From Tolypothrix carrinoi HA7290-LM1 (GTDB taxonomy: Bacteria > Cyanobacteriota > Cyanobacteriia > Cyanobacteriales > Nostocaceae), in contig JAHHIK010000060.1 in assembly GCA_019358935.1 (NCBI GenBank), forward strand, positions 1 to 50,729: a DNA stretch of 50,729 nt, read 5' to 3'. Positions 39,383 through 50,077 of this stretch are shown piece by piece. How positions within the stretch are numbered: the stretch's first letter is position 1; each line of letters opens with the position of its first letter. Made by a program: the position numbers and the translations under genes. The notes beneath the pieces are model-generated. The model saw only the letters and a list, made by a program, of their open reading frames with translations. It was not told where the DNA came from and did not search any database.

Positions 39383-40526
39383 AGACATCTCCAAAATAGA
39401 ACCATTCTGTGGTAAAAGAGTAGAAAACTATCTTTTTTAGCACAAAAGCATTTTGGACATACTACGTTACATTCAAAACAATCCCGAAGAAACGCAGCGA
39501 TTAGTAGGCGTAAAGTATGAGCAACTAGAACAACTAATAATACAGGCGAACGCCAGAAAAACAGAAAAACAACAAGAAATAGAAGCCAAGAAAATTAGAA
39601 TTATAAATAAAGGCGGTGGTCGGAAGGTAAAATTGTCTAATGAAGACCAAATTCTTTTAACTTTGACATATTTAAGACATCTGACAACCTTTCAATTATT
39701 AGGTATACAATTTGGCGTGAGTGAGTCAACTGCCAACGATACATTTAATTCCTGGTTTCCAATTATACAAGAACTTCTGCCATCAAGTTTATTAGAACAG
39801 GTAAAAAAAAACGCCAGCGATTATGAGATAGTTCAAGAAATTTTAACTGAATATGAACTAATAGTCGATAGCTGTGAACAGCCAAGAGAAAGACCTGGAG
39901 AATATAAAGAACAACAGAATTATTACTCCGGAAAAAAGAAAGCTCATACATTTAAAAACCAAATTACTGTTTTACCTCAGGGACAAGATATTGTTGATAT
40001 AATAGCAGGAGAACCAGGACCATTAAGTGACATAACATTATTTAGTCAAGGTCAAAAAGGTTTTACTCCCCATCAAAAATTTCAAGGCGACAAAGGTTAT
40101 ATTGGAGAGCCATCAATTAAAACTCCCACGAAAAAACCGAAAAAAAGAGAATTAACACCTGACCAAAAATCTCAAAACAAAGAAATGGCTTCATCACGAA
40201 TTTTTGTCGAACATTTGATTCGTGTATTGAAAATATTTAGAGTTGCTTCTGAAAGATTTAGATTAAATCCACGTAAATACGAAAAAATAATTATGACAAT
40301 ATGTGGACTTGTAAGACTGAGGATAGGAGCCTTAGTTTTACCATTATAAAATAATTGACATAAGCGAGGAAAAAATTGGTGTACATATATACTATTTTTT
40401 GCCTTGTTATCAACAAGAAATGTCTCCAAACCTGATTTTTGCGTTGAAACTGGGGTTGCGAGTCTTAGGCGATCGCTTGTTTGAAGTTCTGTCAGACAGG
40501 GGTATTGGGATTTTTCGGAGATGTCT
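39383..40526 (+). mobile_element. Complete 1144-bp IS5-family (ISL2/IS702-like) insertion sequence
   Basis: TIRs AGACATCTCCAAAA / TTTCGGAGATGTCT; AAT on both flanks (39380-82, 40527-29); sits inside an STRR array. Confidence 0.88.
39453..40349 (+). CDS. DDE transposase (HTH plus DDE domain)
   Basis: GGGRK, LGIQFGVSESTA, IVDS, YYSGKKK.HT.K, GDKGY, RIFVEH; TTG start. Confidence 0.92.
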   Translation: MDILRYIQNNPEETQRLVGVKYEQLEQLIIQANARKTEKQQEIEAKKIRIINKGGGRKVKLSNEDQILLTLTYLRHLTTFQLLGIQFGVSESTANDTFNSWFPIIQELLPSSLLEQVKKNASDYEIVQEILTEYELIVDSCEQPRERPGEYKEQQNYYSGKKKAHTFKNQITVLPQGQDIVDIIAGEPGPLSDITLFSQGQKGFTPHQKFQGDKGYIGEPSIKTPTKKPKKRELTPDQKSQNKEMASSRIFVEHLIRVLKIFRVASERFRLNPRKYEKIIMTICGLVRLRIGALVLPL

Positions 40527-40665
40527 AATAGGTAATTGGGAATTGGGAATTGGGGAATGGGTAATAGGTAATAGGTAATTGGGAATTGGGAATTGGGAAC
40601 GTGGGAACGTGGTAAAGCATTTTTTCCATTACCCATTACCCATTACCCATTACCCATTACCCATT
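40527..40665. repeat. STRR array (GGGAATT/GGTAATA/CCATTAC), continuing 39322-39382
   Basis: Direct reading. Confidence 0.9.
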
Positions 40666-40789
40666 CTTTAATTCCGTCTTTAGGAAGATACTACGTATAA
40701 TATTTTGATTTATGATGTGAAATTTACAACTTTGGTTAAGAAAAAGTTAAAAAATTGCACAAAATTATTTTCCATAGGGGGGTAAATTA

Positions 40790-41050
40790 ATGGTGCAGCC
40801 TAATCAAAACGATAAAGATAAGTTTCTTTACCCTCGAAGTCGCTATTACGGTCAAGCTAGACCACAAGAGCTTATATTTAATGCGAATCTCCAAGAGTTT
40901 GCCCAAAAAGTGGGCTTTATTACCGCTTTAGAAACATCTGGGAAATTATCTCCTCAAGATGCTTACGACCAGATTAAAGCGCTGTGGAAGCAGTTGAAAC
41001 ACAGCAAAAAGCAATTAGGAATTGGTGATGAGCCGCCAACATCGACCTAA
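40790..41050 (+). CDS. Small conserved-type cyanobacterial protein (FNANLQEFAQ motif)
   Basis: FLYPRSRYYG...FNANLQEFAQKV...GKLSP..AY..IK.LWKQLK. Confidence 0.85.
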   Translation: MVQPNQNDKDKFLYPRSRYYGQARPQELIFNANLQEFAQKVGFITALETSGKLSPQDAYDQIKALWKQLKHSKKQLGIGDEPPTST

Positions 41051-41061
41051 AATTGCTTCTT

Positions 41062-41262
41062 TTAGCGTATAATCACCTGAAACTCGTTTGCACTCAGCGA
41101 CACTATGATATTCTCAGAATCTATCGAAATCAGCCAACGTCCGCTAGGTTGACCGTCTGAGAGTATTTCTTGAGCACGGACTACTCCAATTTTGCCAGCC
41201 ACATATGCTGGATGTAGAATCAACACTCTTTCTCCAATTGGAAAAGTCTTTGGGGTATGCAA
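41062..41262 (-). CDS. Small hypothetical protein (SH3/KOW-like pattern)
   Basis: FPIGERVLILHP.YVAGKIGVV...WLI; 66 aa, start may be further upstream. Confidence 0.6.
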   Translation of the reverse strand: MHTPKTFPIGERVLILHPAYVAGKIGVVRAQEILSDGQPSGRWLISIDSENIIVSLSANEFQVIIR

Positions 41263-41527
41263 TGGCTTTTCTGAAACTAAAGGTTGCGTAAGTGAAATCC
41301 GATGTATTTCATAACCACATCTTAATCATAAAAGATGCATTTTCTCTAACTTATTTAATTGCAACTTTCACGACTATACTTATGGGCAAATGAATGAACT
41401 TTGGGAATATGTCTTAGGGATAGTTAAAGCTTAGTGCTGAATTGAGAGCAGAAATTCTTCGGCAGAGTGATGCGAAATGGTACAATTAGCGTCTAATCTA
41501 GTACAGGCGAACTATTAAAAAGATAGA

Positions 41528-42976
41528 ATGTCTGATTTAATTTTGTTTTGGCATCGTCGCGATTTACGCATTTCAGACAATACAGGACTTGCGGCAGCGC
41601 GATCGCACTCGTCTAAAGTCGTGGGTGTGTTTTGCCTCGACCCGAATATTTTAGAACGAGATGATATTGCCCCAGCTAGAGTAACTTATATGATTGGCTG
41701 TTTGCAAGCACTACAAAAGCGATATGCTGAAGTTGGCAGCCAATTATTAATATTGCACGCCAATCCGCTGCAAGCGATACCCGCACTAGCTGCGGCTTTA
41801 AAAGCTAAAGCCGTATTTTGGAATTGGGATGTAGAACCGTATTCTCAAATACGCGATCGCACTATCATCGATGCGTTAAAAGAAAAAGGCATTCTGTTTC
41901 TCGATCAAAACTGGGATCAGATTCTCCACTTTCCCGAAGAGATTCGCAGTGGTGCCAATCAACCTTACACAGTTTACACTCCTTTTTGGAAGAATTGGAT
42001 TAGCAAACCGAAAGCTAACCCAGTCGCAACTCTGGAAAATGCCGAAGGATTGACGGAAGCTGAAGCGGAAATTGCCAAACTTAATGGTGCGATCGCATTA
42101 CCGACAGCGAAAGATTTAGGATTTCTTTGGGATCGAGACTTAGTAATCGCACCAGGAGAAGCGGCAGCACTTGAAAAGCTAGAGGAATTTACTAACTCTG
42201 CCATCTATGAATATAAAGAACAGCGGGATTTTCCCGCAATTAACGGGACATCTCAACTGAGTGCGGCTTTTAAATTTGGAGCGATCGGCATTCGCACCGT
42301 TTGGCAAGCAACTTTAGAAGCGCTACAAAACAGCCGCAGTGATGAAACACAAATTAACATCCGCACATGGCAACAAGAAATCGCGTGGCGGGATTTTTAT
42401 CAACACGCAATGTACAACTTCCCAGAATTAGCTGAAGGTGCTTTCCGCGTAACTTTGAAAAACTTTCCTTGGCAAATTAACGAAGAATACTTTCAAGCTT
42501 GGTGCGAAGGTAAAACAGGTTATCCGATAGTAGATGCAGCCATGCGGCAAATGAATGAACTCGGTTGGATGCATAATCGCTGCCGGATGATTGTTGCCAG
42601 TTTCCTCACCAAAGACTTGCTGATAAATCCCCAATTGGGAGAAAAATACTTTATGCAGAAGCTGATTGACGGTGATTTATCTGCTAATAACGGGGGTTGG
42701 CAATGGAGTGCTTCTAGCGGGATGGACCCCAAACCCTTGCGGATTTTCAACCCTGCCAGTCAAGCGCAAAAATTCGATCCCGAAGGAGAATATATCCGGG
42801 AATGGGTTCCCGAATTGCGCTCTATGGATACAGAATATTTAGTTACAGGGAAAATTTCACCTTTGGAACGTGAGGCTGTTGGCTATCCTCAGCCAATTGT
42901 GGATCACAATCTACAGCAACGCCAGTTTAAAGGACTTTATCAACAGCAAAGAGAGAGTATACCGACGCTGGGATAG
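41528..42976 (+). CDS. phrA: Class I CPD DNA photolyase
   Basis: WHRRDLRISDN, GTSQLS, WCEGKTGYPIVDAAMRQ, WMHNRCRMIVASFL, NNGGWQW. Confidence 0.95.
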   Translation: MSDLILFWHRRDLRISDNTGLAAARSHSSKVVGVFCLDPNILERDDIAPARVTYMIGCLQALQKRYAEVGSQLLILHANPLQAIPALAAALKAKAVFWNWDVEPYSQIRDRTIIDALKEKGILFLDQNWDQILHFPEEIRSGANQPYTVYTPFWKNWISKPKANPVATLENAEGLTEAEAEIAKLNGAIALPTAKDLGFLWDRDLVIAPGEAAALEKLEEFTNSAIYEYKEQRDFPAINGTSQLSAAFKFGAIGIRTVWQATLEALQNSRSDETQINIRTWQQEIAWRDFYQHAMYNFPELAEGAFRVTLKNFPWQINEEYFQAWCEGKTGYPIVDAAMRQMNELGWMHNRCRMIVASFLTKDLLINPQLGEKYFMQKLIDGDLSANNGGWQWSASSGMDPKPLRIFNPASQAQKFDPEGEYIREWVPELRSMDTEYLVTGKISPLEREAVGYPQPIVDHNLQQRQFKGLYQQQRESIPTLG

Positions 42977-43090
42977 GGAGATGGGGGGATGGGGAGATGG
43001 GGGGACAAGGGGACAAGGGGGACAAGGAGGACAAGAGGGACAAGGGGGACAAGGGGGACAAGGGGGACAAGGAGGGAGATGAGGGAGATG
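42976..43090. repeat. GGGGACAAG/GGGAGAT tandem repeats
   Basis: Direct reading. Confidence 0.9.
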
Positions 43091-43261
43091 AAGAATTAAT
43101 TCCTTTCCCCTTTTCCCTTTAACCTTATCCCCTCTTCAAAATACCCAATGACAAATAATTAACAATCAATGTCAGTCAGGATAAACAAGTGCCATAGTTA
43201 AGGCTAAAAGATACTTGAATCAAAATAATGATTAAAGTATCAAGCTTTACTCTTGCGGTTT

Positions 43262-46200
43262 ATGTCTTCGCCCGTTGATCGCCCTTTGAAATTTGAAGTC
43301 AAGCTACCATCATCCCATCCGGAATTATTAGAAGGATTGGATACATTGCTGCGCTTGGGTTTGATATCCGATGCCCAAGTTAAGCAAATAGCCTTTGAAT
43401 TTCTCGTTTGTCAGATGGTGTCGCAACCTGAGACTAAACCAGAATTGCAGGTAGCATTTACAACTACCGAACCTGCGAAAGCCGCAGCAGTACCACAAAA
43501 GCCTGTTAAATCGAACTTGATCGCAACGATGTTGCAATCATTGGGGGCAGAATTAAGTGTCCGCTGGCTGCTATTTTTAGGTGTATTTCTGGTAGTGGTG
43601 TCCTCTGGGGTGTTGGCTGCAAGTCAGTGGGAGAGATTCCCCGCTTCCGGACAGTATGGAGTTTTGTTAGCTTATACTTTGAGTTTCTGGGGGTTGAGTT
43701 TTTGGGCAGGCAAACAGCCTAATCTCAGATTAACGGCACAGACATTGTTAATTGTCACTCTTTTATTAGTGCCGGTGAATTTTTGGGCGATGGATAGCTT
43801 CAAGTTGTGGCAAAATCCTGTGGATTGGTTAGTAATAGCGATCGCTTTTCCTATCCTCACAACTATTACTATTTTACTTTGCAACAATCGCTTATTTATC
43901 GCCAATTCGCCAATCGGGAAATTGCCTCTAGTAAATATTTTGGCGCTGTCATACTTACACTGGGGCTGGAAATTACCAGGATTTCCCTTAATTGCCGTTT
44001 ATTTGGCGATGATCGGCACAACTATCATTACCGTATATCACAATCGCAATCGATTTTCCCCAAATCTTTCGCAAAAAGAAGAACATAAGCGCGTCGGACT
44101 TGGTATCACTTTACCTGCCTTAATAGTAGTTTATGCTTTGGCGGTGTTATTAGTCCGGGCGATTTTTGTTGTCCGAGTAGATATCACCCAGTTAGGTTTA
44201 GCTATTGGAATTTGCGGTTGGTTAGTCGCTTGGTTAGCGCAAAGAGGAGTGGGAGAGGTAAGGGGACAAGGGGGACAAGGGGGACAAGGGGGACAAGGGG
44301 GACAAGGGGGACAAGGGGGACAAGGGGGACAAGGGGGACTTTTTGGAGGAATTTCTTCCTCATCTTCCTCGTCTTCCTTGTCTCCCCCCTCTCCCTTGTC
44401 TCCCTTGTCTCCCCCCTCCCCCACTCCTCAACTACCGTGGGAAATCCTGGGGGGAATCTTACTTTTCCTCGGTTGGTTAGTAACGGTGGTATCATCACCT
44501 TTGCAAGCGATCGCTGTTAGCGGTTTGAGTTTGTGGTTTTTCAACCGTCGTTTGCAACAACATGCTTTTAAAGTTGATTTAGCGGCAATTTTCGTTATAG
44601 GCTTGCAGACAGTTTGGCTAGCTTGGCGGTTGATACCTGCTGAATTACAAGAATCAGCGATCGCTATTGCAACAAAACTCACCAATTCACAAAACGAACC
44701 TTGGGCGTTACTGAGTGTAGCTTTATTTCCCTACCTAATTTTCATGGTAGCGCTAACAAATCGAATTTATCGCACACAAAAGCGGGAATTAGCTAATTTT
44801 GGGGATAATTTAACGCTTTTATTCGGAATTTTCTTAACTACCATCGCTTTAGTCAATCCGATATTGCGATCGCTAAATTTACTCTTTTCCACAATAACTC
44901 TCGCAGCAGTCACCCATCAGGAGATAAGGAGACAAGGGGACAGGGGGACAGGGGGACAAGGAGGACAAGGAGGACAAGGAGGACAAGGGGAGGAATTACC
45001 CATTCCCCATTCCCCATTACCCACTTCCCTGATATATCTGACACACATCACCGGGGTACTAACACTTTGCTCTACAATTGATTGGCTGTTCCCAAATTTG
45101 CATACTCAAGTCTGGGCAAGCATTTTGTTAGCGCTGATGGTTGCAGAGTGGCTGCAAAGTGTCGGACATGAAATCTGGCGGCGTAGTGCATGGCACATCG
45201 GTTTCGGATTGGCGGTAACTAGCTATTTACTACTTTGGGTGAATGCTGACGCGTCTTGGACAGGCGGTATAATCAACAATCAAAATTGGGGCTTAATTTG
45301 GTTAATTACCCCCATCACTCTCACCGTAATTGCTAGCCGCACTTCTGCACCGCGACGCATTACCAGCAGTTACTTCAGCGTTTTGACGTTGTTAGCGGCA
45401 CAGTTACTTATTTTACCTTTGCCCGGAACCAGATTAATTGGTTTAGGTGTGGGTACAGCGGGGATGTTTGCAAACACGCGCTATTTGCGAAACAATCAAT
45501 CTGCGGGAACTACGGTAGGTTTTGGGCTGAGTTTTCTTGCTGTGCTGCTGTGGGATGGCGTTTTTAATTTACCGCATCTATCGCTAGATGGATGGTTTGT
45601 TGTGGGAGCGATCGCTATCTTCAGTTTATGGTTTGCGAGCAAAGCACTCAGTCGAGGTGAAGAATTAGCCGCTATATATGCAATTGTCACCGACAAATGG
45701 GCGATCGCATTATGTAGTTTTGAGTTATTGACTTTAACACTGCACTCGCTGCTTGTTTACCAAAGCTTTGCTATCCTCGGTTTTTTATACTTAACTTCCA
45801 CAGTATTAACTTTGGCTGCGATCGTTTATCGCAGTTGGCGACAACCGACAAATTTAGCATTTTATGGCATCGGTTGGTGTCTGGAATTGTTGATAGCTCA
45901 AGTTTTCGGCTTTGGCAAAGGCGATATTATCAAGATAGCGATCGCTAACATCGCTTTAGGTTTAATAACTCAGCTTTTTGGTGAATGGTGGCGAAGGCGA
46001 CATCAATTATCAAAAATGCCTAGTAGTTTCCACATATTACCTTTAATATATGGTGCATTCAGCGTATTGCTGCGTTTAAACACCTTTACCGAATGGACGG
46101 GTTTATATTCTTTAGGTGTAGCTTTGATTGTAATTGGTGTAGGGCGACGCCACCAAGATTTAAAACCGCTACTTTATTTAGGAATCACAGGCATATCAAT

Positions 46201-47362
46201 TTCCGCTTATGAACTTTTGTTCTATCAAATGTCCCAAGCTTCGGGAGGTGCTTGGGGTGATGGATTGATTGCCATGTCCGCTTTGGGCGCAAGCATCATG
46301 TATGCTTATCGTATACTGTCGCCTTGGCTAATTAACTATTTACGTCTTACACCCGAAGAATTAAAAGGAATTGCTCATTTTCACTGGGCTTGGAGTAGTT
46401 GCTTATTAATGGCAGCCATTACCGCTCCCATCGCCGTCAATCGCCTGGTAGGATTAGCAACAGGTGCTTTTTTGATTCGCTACGCCATTTTTCAAGGACG
46501 CCGTACCCAAAATTCTGTACAGACGTTCCACCGGAACGTCTCTACAGATGAAATCTGGGTTTACCTAGGTTTATTAGAATTTGCTGGTATGCGAATTTAC
46601 TGGCGCGAAACGGCAGTAGGACAGTTATTAACTGGTGTTTTAGTTCCTTGGAATGGTGCGATCGCCTGTCTAGTTGCCTATTTTCTCTACATCTTACCTT
46701 GGGAGAGTTGGGGCTGGTCGAAAAAACCTTGGCAACTCGCTGCATACATAATTCCACTGATTATTTTATGGGAAACTCGACTGCAAGTATACCCGATTAC
46801 GATAGCGATCGCTGCTGGGTATTACATCTTCCTCGCCAAGATTCGCCAAAATATTCGTTTTACCTACATCAGTGTCGCCTTGATTGATTGGGCATTATTT
46901 CGCTGGTTTTGGGATTTACATCTCACAGATACTTTGTGGTACATCACACCGATGGGATTATCACTACTATATATTGCTCAAGTTGATGTAAATCTCGTCC
47001 TTCCAGATTATAAAACATCTCGTCACTACTTACGATTGTTAGGCAGCAGCATAATTTGTGGATGGGCAATTTTATTTCATATTGAAAGTGCGATCGTACC
47101 GGGAATTTTCAGCCTCATCGCCATATTTGCCGGATTAGCTTTACGAGTGCGGGCTTTTCTCTACGTTGGTACAGCCACATTTTTCATTACCAGTATTTAT
47201 CAACTGATAATTTTCAGCTTGCGATATCCCTTTTTAAAATGGGTGATTGGCTTGTTTGTCGGTATCGTGCTGATTTCGATTGCAGCCAACTTTGAAACCC
47301 GTCGCGCTCAAATAAATTCTTTACTTCGCAGCACTAGCGATGGATTTCAAGAATGGGAGTAA
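43262..47362 (+). CDS. Very large polytopic membrane protein (DUF2157-like) with in-frame repeat insertions
   Basis: About 1366 aa, many TM helices; LLEGLD..LRLGLISD N-terminus, WLLFLGVFLVVVSSGVLAASQW. Confidence 0.85.
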   Translation: MSSPVDRPLKFEVKLPSSHPELLEGLDTLLRLGLISDAQVKQIAFEFLVCQMVSQPETKPELQVAFTTTEPAKAAAVPQKPVKSNLIATMLQSLGAELSVRWLLFLGVFLVVVSSGVLAASQWERFPASGQYGVLLAYTLSFWGLSFWAGKQPNLRLTAQTLLIVTLLLVPVNFWAMDSFKLWQNPVDWLVIAIAFPILTTITILLCNNRLFIANSPIGKLPLVNILALSYLHWGWKLPGFPLIAVYLAMIGTTIITVYHNRNRFSPNLSQKEEHKRVGLGITLPALIVVYALAVLLVRAIFVVRVDITQLGLAIGICGWLVAWLAQRGVGEVRGQGGQGGQGGQGGQGGQGGQGGQGGLFGGISSSSSSSSLSPPSPLSPLSPPSPTPQLPWEILGGILLFLGWLVTVVSSPLQAIAVSGLSLWFFNRRLQQHAFKVDLAAIFVIGLQTVWLAWRLIPAELQESAIAIATKLTNSQNEPWALLSVALFPYLIFMVALTNRIYRTQKRELANFGDNLTLLFGIFLTTIALVNPILRSLNLLFSTITLAAVTHQEIRRQGDRGTGGQGGQGGQGGQGEELPIPHSPLPTSLIYLTHITGVLTLCSTIDWLFPNLHTQVWASILLALMVAEWLQSVGHEIWRRSAWHIGFGLAVTSYLLLWVNADASWTGGIINNQNWGLIWLITPITLTVIASRTSAPRRITSSYFSVLTLLAAQLLILPLPGTRLIGLGVGTAGMFANTRYLRNNQSAGTTVGFGLSFLAVLLWDGVFNLPHLSLDGWFVVGAIAIFSLWFASKALSRGEELAAIYAIVTDKWAIALCSFELLTLTLHSLLVYQSFAILGFLYLTSTVLTLAAIVYRSWRQPTNLAFYGIGWCLELLIAQVFGFGKGDIIKIAIANIALGLITQLFGEWWRRRHQLSKMPSSFHILPLIYGAFSVLLRLNTFTEWTGLYSLGVALIVIGVGRRHQDLKPLLYLGITGISISAYELLFYQMSQASGGAWGDGLIAMSALGASIMYAYRILSPWLINYLRLTPEELKGIAHFHWAWSSCLLMAAITAPIAVNRLVGLATGAFLIRYAIFQGRRTQNSVQTFHRNVSTDEIWVYLGLLEFAGMRIYWRETAVGQLLTGVLVPWNGAIACLVAYFLYILPWESWGWSKKPWQLAAYIIPLIILWETRLQVYPITIAIAAGYYIFLAKIRQNIRFTYISVALIDWALFRWFWDLHLTDTLWYITPMGLSLLYIAQVDVNLVLPDYKTSRHYLRLLGSSIICGWAILFHIESAIVPGIFSLIAIFAGLALRVRAFLYVGTATFFITSIYQLIIFSLRYPFLKWVIGLFVGIVLISIAANFETRRAQINSLLRSTSDGFQEWE

Positions 47363-47465
47363 GTTCGTAATAAGTAAGTCGAAGCAGAAAAATTCAATTG
47401 GCTTGAAGAAATATAAATTATCTGTAGAATCTGGCTTAAAAAGGTGTGGATGTTCCTCCCCCTTT

Positions 47466-47662
47466 AGAGTCCGTTTGAAAAGTATTGTTATTAACATCAA
47501 AACGAAACAACCTAACCCTCCTGCCCCCTTCCCTACGTTCACGCAGCGTCTCGTTCGCGAAGCGTCTCGAAGAGAAGAGAGGGAATGGGGGTTTCAAAGC
47601 CTCTCCCCCTGTGGGGGAGAGGTTTGGAGAGGGGTTTGGGGTGAGAGGACTTTCCAAACATA
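47466..47662. repeat. MITE/REP-like palindromic element with nested short repeat
   Basis: GTTTGAAAAGT ... ACTTTCCAAAC ends; CCTCTCCCCC-TGT-GGGGGAGAGG stem; duplicated GCGTCTCG units. Confidence 0.6.
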
Positions 47663-47745
47663 ATAAAAACAGAGACATTAATTTAAATGCCTCTGCTCAT
47701 TTCTTCATCCTATGCGCTCTTAATCCATCCTCAAACTGTGTTTTT

Positions 47746-48069
47746 CTACATCAGTTTAAGCTTTTCAATATTTGTTTCCAGTCCAGAGACTATCAGAGAA
47801 ATCATCTGTAAAATCGCGGCTCTATCACCCGTTTTGCAACGCTCAAATAACAAATGAACATCCACCAACCCCGTCTCAATTGCTGATTTTAACACTGTAT
47901 TTTCACTTGCTTTGAGATTATTATTTGCACAAGCGGTGTAAAGCACTACTCCCGCCATAGTGTACATATCTAACATTGGTTCATCACCATTGTTATTGAC
48001 AATCTGGGGAAAGTTTGATAAAGGATGGACGAACTGGTCAAAAGTTAATTGGGTCATGATTTTGGTCAA
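47746..48069 (-). CDS. Hypothetical protein
   Basis: 107 aa ORF; no family recognised. Confidence 0.55.
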   Translation of the reverse strand: MTKIMTQLTFDQFVHPLSNFPQIVNNNGDEPMLDMYTMAGVVLYTACANNNLKASENTVLKSAIETGLVDVHLLFERCKTGDRAAILQMISLIVSGLETNIEKLKLM

Positions 48070-48529
48070 ATCGATACTTGAATAAGTTCAAACTCCAGAT
48101 GAAAAAGAGGGGGAAACAAGAGGCAGTGCGTTGCGAAGCGCTAGTTTCGTGCGAAGGTCACGAACCTTGAGGCATAGCCTTTGTTGGGGTTCCCCCCGTC
48201 TTAATTGTTGAATCAGGTACGGAATTTTAAGTTTGTCTTATGTTGCTAAATGTGTGCTAGCATATATACTGAAAAGAAGAGGGACAAAAAACCCTTGGAT
48301 TCCTTACTTGAAATTGAAAGCTAGCTATAAGAGTGAAAAGCTGGCTTTTAGGGTCATCTGCCTTTTTTTGATTCTTCTGCTTCAGTGACTTAGTGCTTCA
48401 CACCTTAATCATAAGCTTGTCATTTTTATTTGTCAAGATGTCATTTAAAAATGACTAACAAAATCGTCCTGCTTTTGAGATGTCATGAGAGAAAATAAAA
48501 GGTAGGAGTAGTGTTGAGAAGTTCAAATT

Positions 48530-49012
48530 ATGACTGATAGAAGACGTTCTGACGATTACAAGCAGGTCAGCGGCTACATTCCGATAGACTTAGCGCGGGA
48601 GTTTAAAAGCATCTGCGCTCGCGAAGGAGTGTCCCAAAGCGACGCATTAGAAGAGATGACGCGTGAGTGGCTAGCTAAAAGAACAGGTGTCCACTCAGCA
48701 AAGACTGAACCTGCTCGTCCGAAAACAATTGCTGAGGTAGTTCAGGTAAACATGACAAAACTTAAGGGCTGCGGAGTGAAAAACTTGCGAGCGATCGCCA
48801 AAGCAGAAGTACTACCCACACCAGGAGACTTTGCCATCATCACATCAGCTTTAGGTATTCCTGAGGAAGAACGAAAAATAATTTGGCAAGAAACTTTCAA
48901 AATTTCCGTGTTTTCCGATTTGAGGAGTGTAAATATATGTAAAGAGTCTGAAAGTATAAAAGATGAGCACGAGTATTCTTCGGATATTGAACCTACCGGG
49001 TTGGAACTATAA
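48530..49012 (+). CDS. Ribbon-helix-helix (CopG/ParG-like) DNA-binding protein with HTH-like C-terminal part
   Basis: KQVSGYIP.DLAREFKSICA..GVSQSDALEEM..EWL. Confidence 0.75.
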   Translation: MTDRRRSDDYKQVSGYIPIDLAREFKSICAREGVSQSDALEEMTREWLAKRTGVHSAKTEPARPKTIAEVVQVNMTKLKGCGVKNLRAIAKAEVLPTPGDFAIITSALGIPEEERKIIWQETFKISVFSDLRSVNICKESESIKDEHEYSSDIEPTGLEL

Positions 49013-49643
49013 AATGTCCCATGAGGGAGTTTCCATCCTTGCTCCCACAAAGCGGGATGCTACCGACCTTGCCCAAAGCTATGGAGATGCTCTCAGCGAA
49101 ACTGCGGCAAAACTTAACGGTAAGGTGCGAATCAAATGGAGGGGCTGTAAAAATCCAATCGAATTTTTCGGGTGGATGTCTTCCACTGGTGCACCCACAC
49201 CCTCAGAAACTGCCGAACGTATTTTGCGTTCTGGGGGTGCAGTCTTTTGCAGCCAAGTGCATATCCCAAAAGGGTTATTGTACCGAATGGTTGCAGCCGC
49301 TGAAAACGAGCGTCCGATTAGCATTGTCAGACAAGACAATCGCAAGCAAATCATAGTCAACCAGCCAATGGCTGACATGTTAGATACTCCCCCGGAGGTT
49401 GCTACCCAAAGAATAATGACTCAATTTTGGCTTCCTGAAGATTTGGCAGAACTAGAACAACGGCTACGCAGTAATAGCGAGTTTACCTGGACTTACTCTG
49501 CTGGACTCAACGAGCAAGCTTGGGCAATTTTAACAACTCACTTTGAGGCATTTGAGGTTGAGGGCATTTGGTACAGACAGGGAACCTGCTTATCAACTCC
49601 TCAGCTTGTGGCAATTCCACCTGGGGCTTTTGCTCCGGTTTAA
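48963..49643 (+). CDS. Hypothetical protein with PAS-like C-terminal domain
   Basis: PISIV....KQIIVNQPMADML..PPE......FWLPEDL pattern; overlaps RHH gene end (alternative start 49014). Confidence 0.65.
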   Translation: MSTSILRILNLPGWNYKMSHEGVSILAPTKRDATDLAQSYGDALSETAAKLNGKVRIKWRGCKNPIEFFGWMSSTGAPTPSETAERILRSGGAVFCSQVHIPKGLLYRMVAAAENERPISIVRQDNRKQIIVNQPMADMLDTPPEVATQRIMTQFWLPEDLAELEQRLRSNSEFTWTYSAGLNEQAWAILTTHFEAFEVEGIWYRQGTCLSTPQLVAIPPGAFAPV

Positions 49644-50024
49644 GTAGGTGGGCAATTTAAACCGAAGAATTACGGTTGTGCATAAATTCTTGCTTTCAGG
49701 GTGCGCTCCTTACTTAAGACAATTATTAAAAGTGTATTAATATTAAGTTCGATTTATGAATGAAAATTCCCACAAAACCGCGCTTTGGCTGTGGGAAATA
49801 TTAAGAAGAGTGAATTATTTTTCATTTTCGAGAGTTTAATCAGCGTGAGGGAATTACCTTTGCTGCTTTTCGCGCTGCGTGCGTCTGGTATCCCTACGCT
49901 ATCCCAAGCAAGAGCGCAGCGTATAAGTGATTGAGAAGAAAAGCAATCTTTCGCTGCGGACAACCATGACAAGTCTTTAACCGGACACGATATGAAGAGC
50001 GCGATCGCTTCCACTTGAATTTAG

Positions 50025-50052
50025 GTAGGGGCAATTCATGAATTGCCCCTAC
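50025..50052. repeat. GTAG-type REP palindrome
   Basis: GTAGGGGCAATTCATGAATTGCCCCTAC perfect palindrome. Confidence 0.85.
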
Positions 50053-50077
50053 AAGACTTTATTGTTTCGGCTCATTC

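Noticed and set aside
43237..43250. GTAN8TAC NtcA-like site
   Set aside because: Lacks flanking T/A and a -10 element at the proper distance; likely chance.
49754..50014. 86-aa minus-strand ORF
   Set aside because: No recognisable motif or RBS; cannot be supported as a gene.
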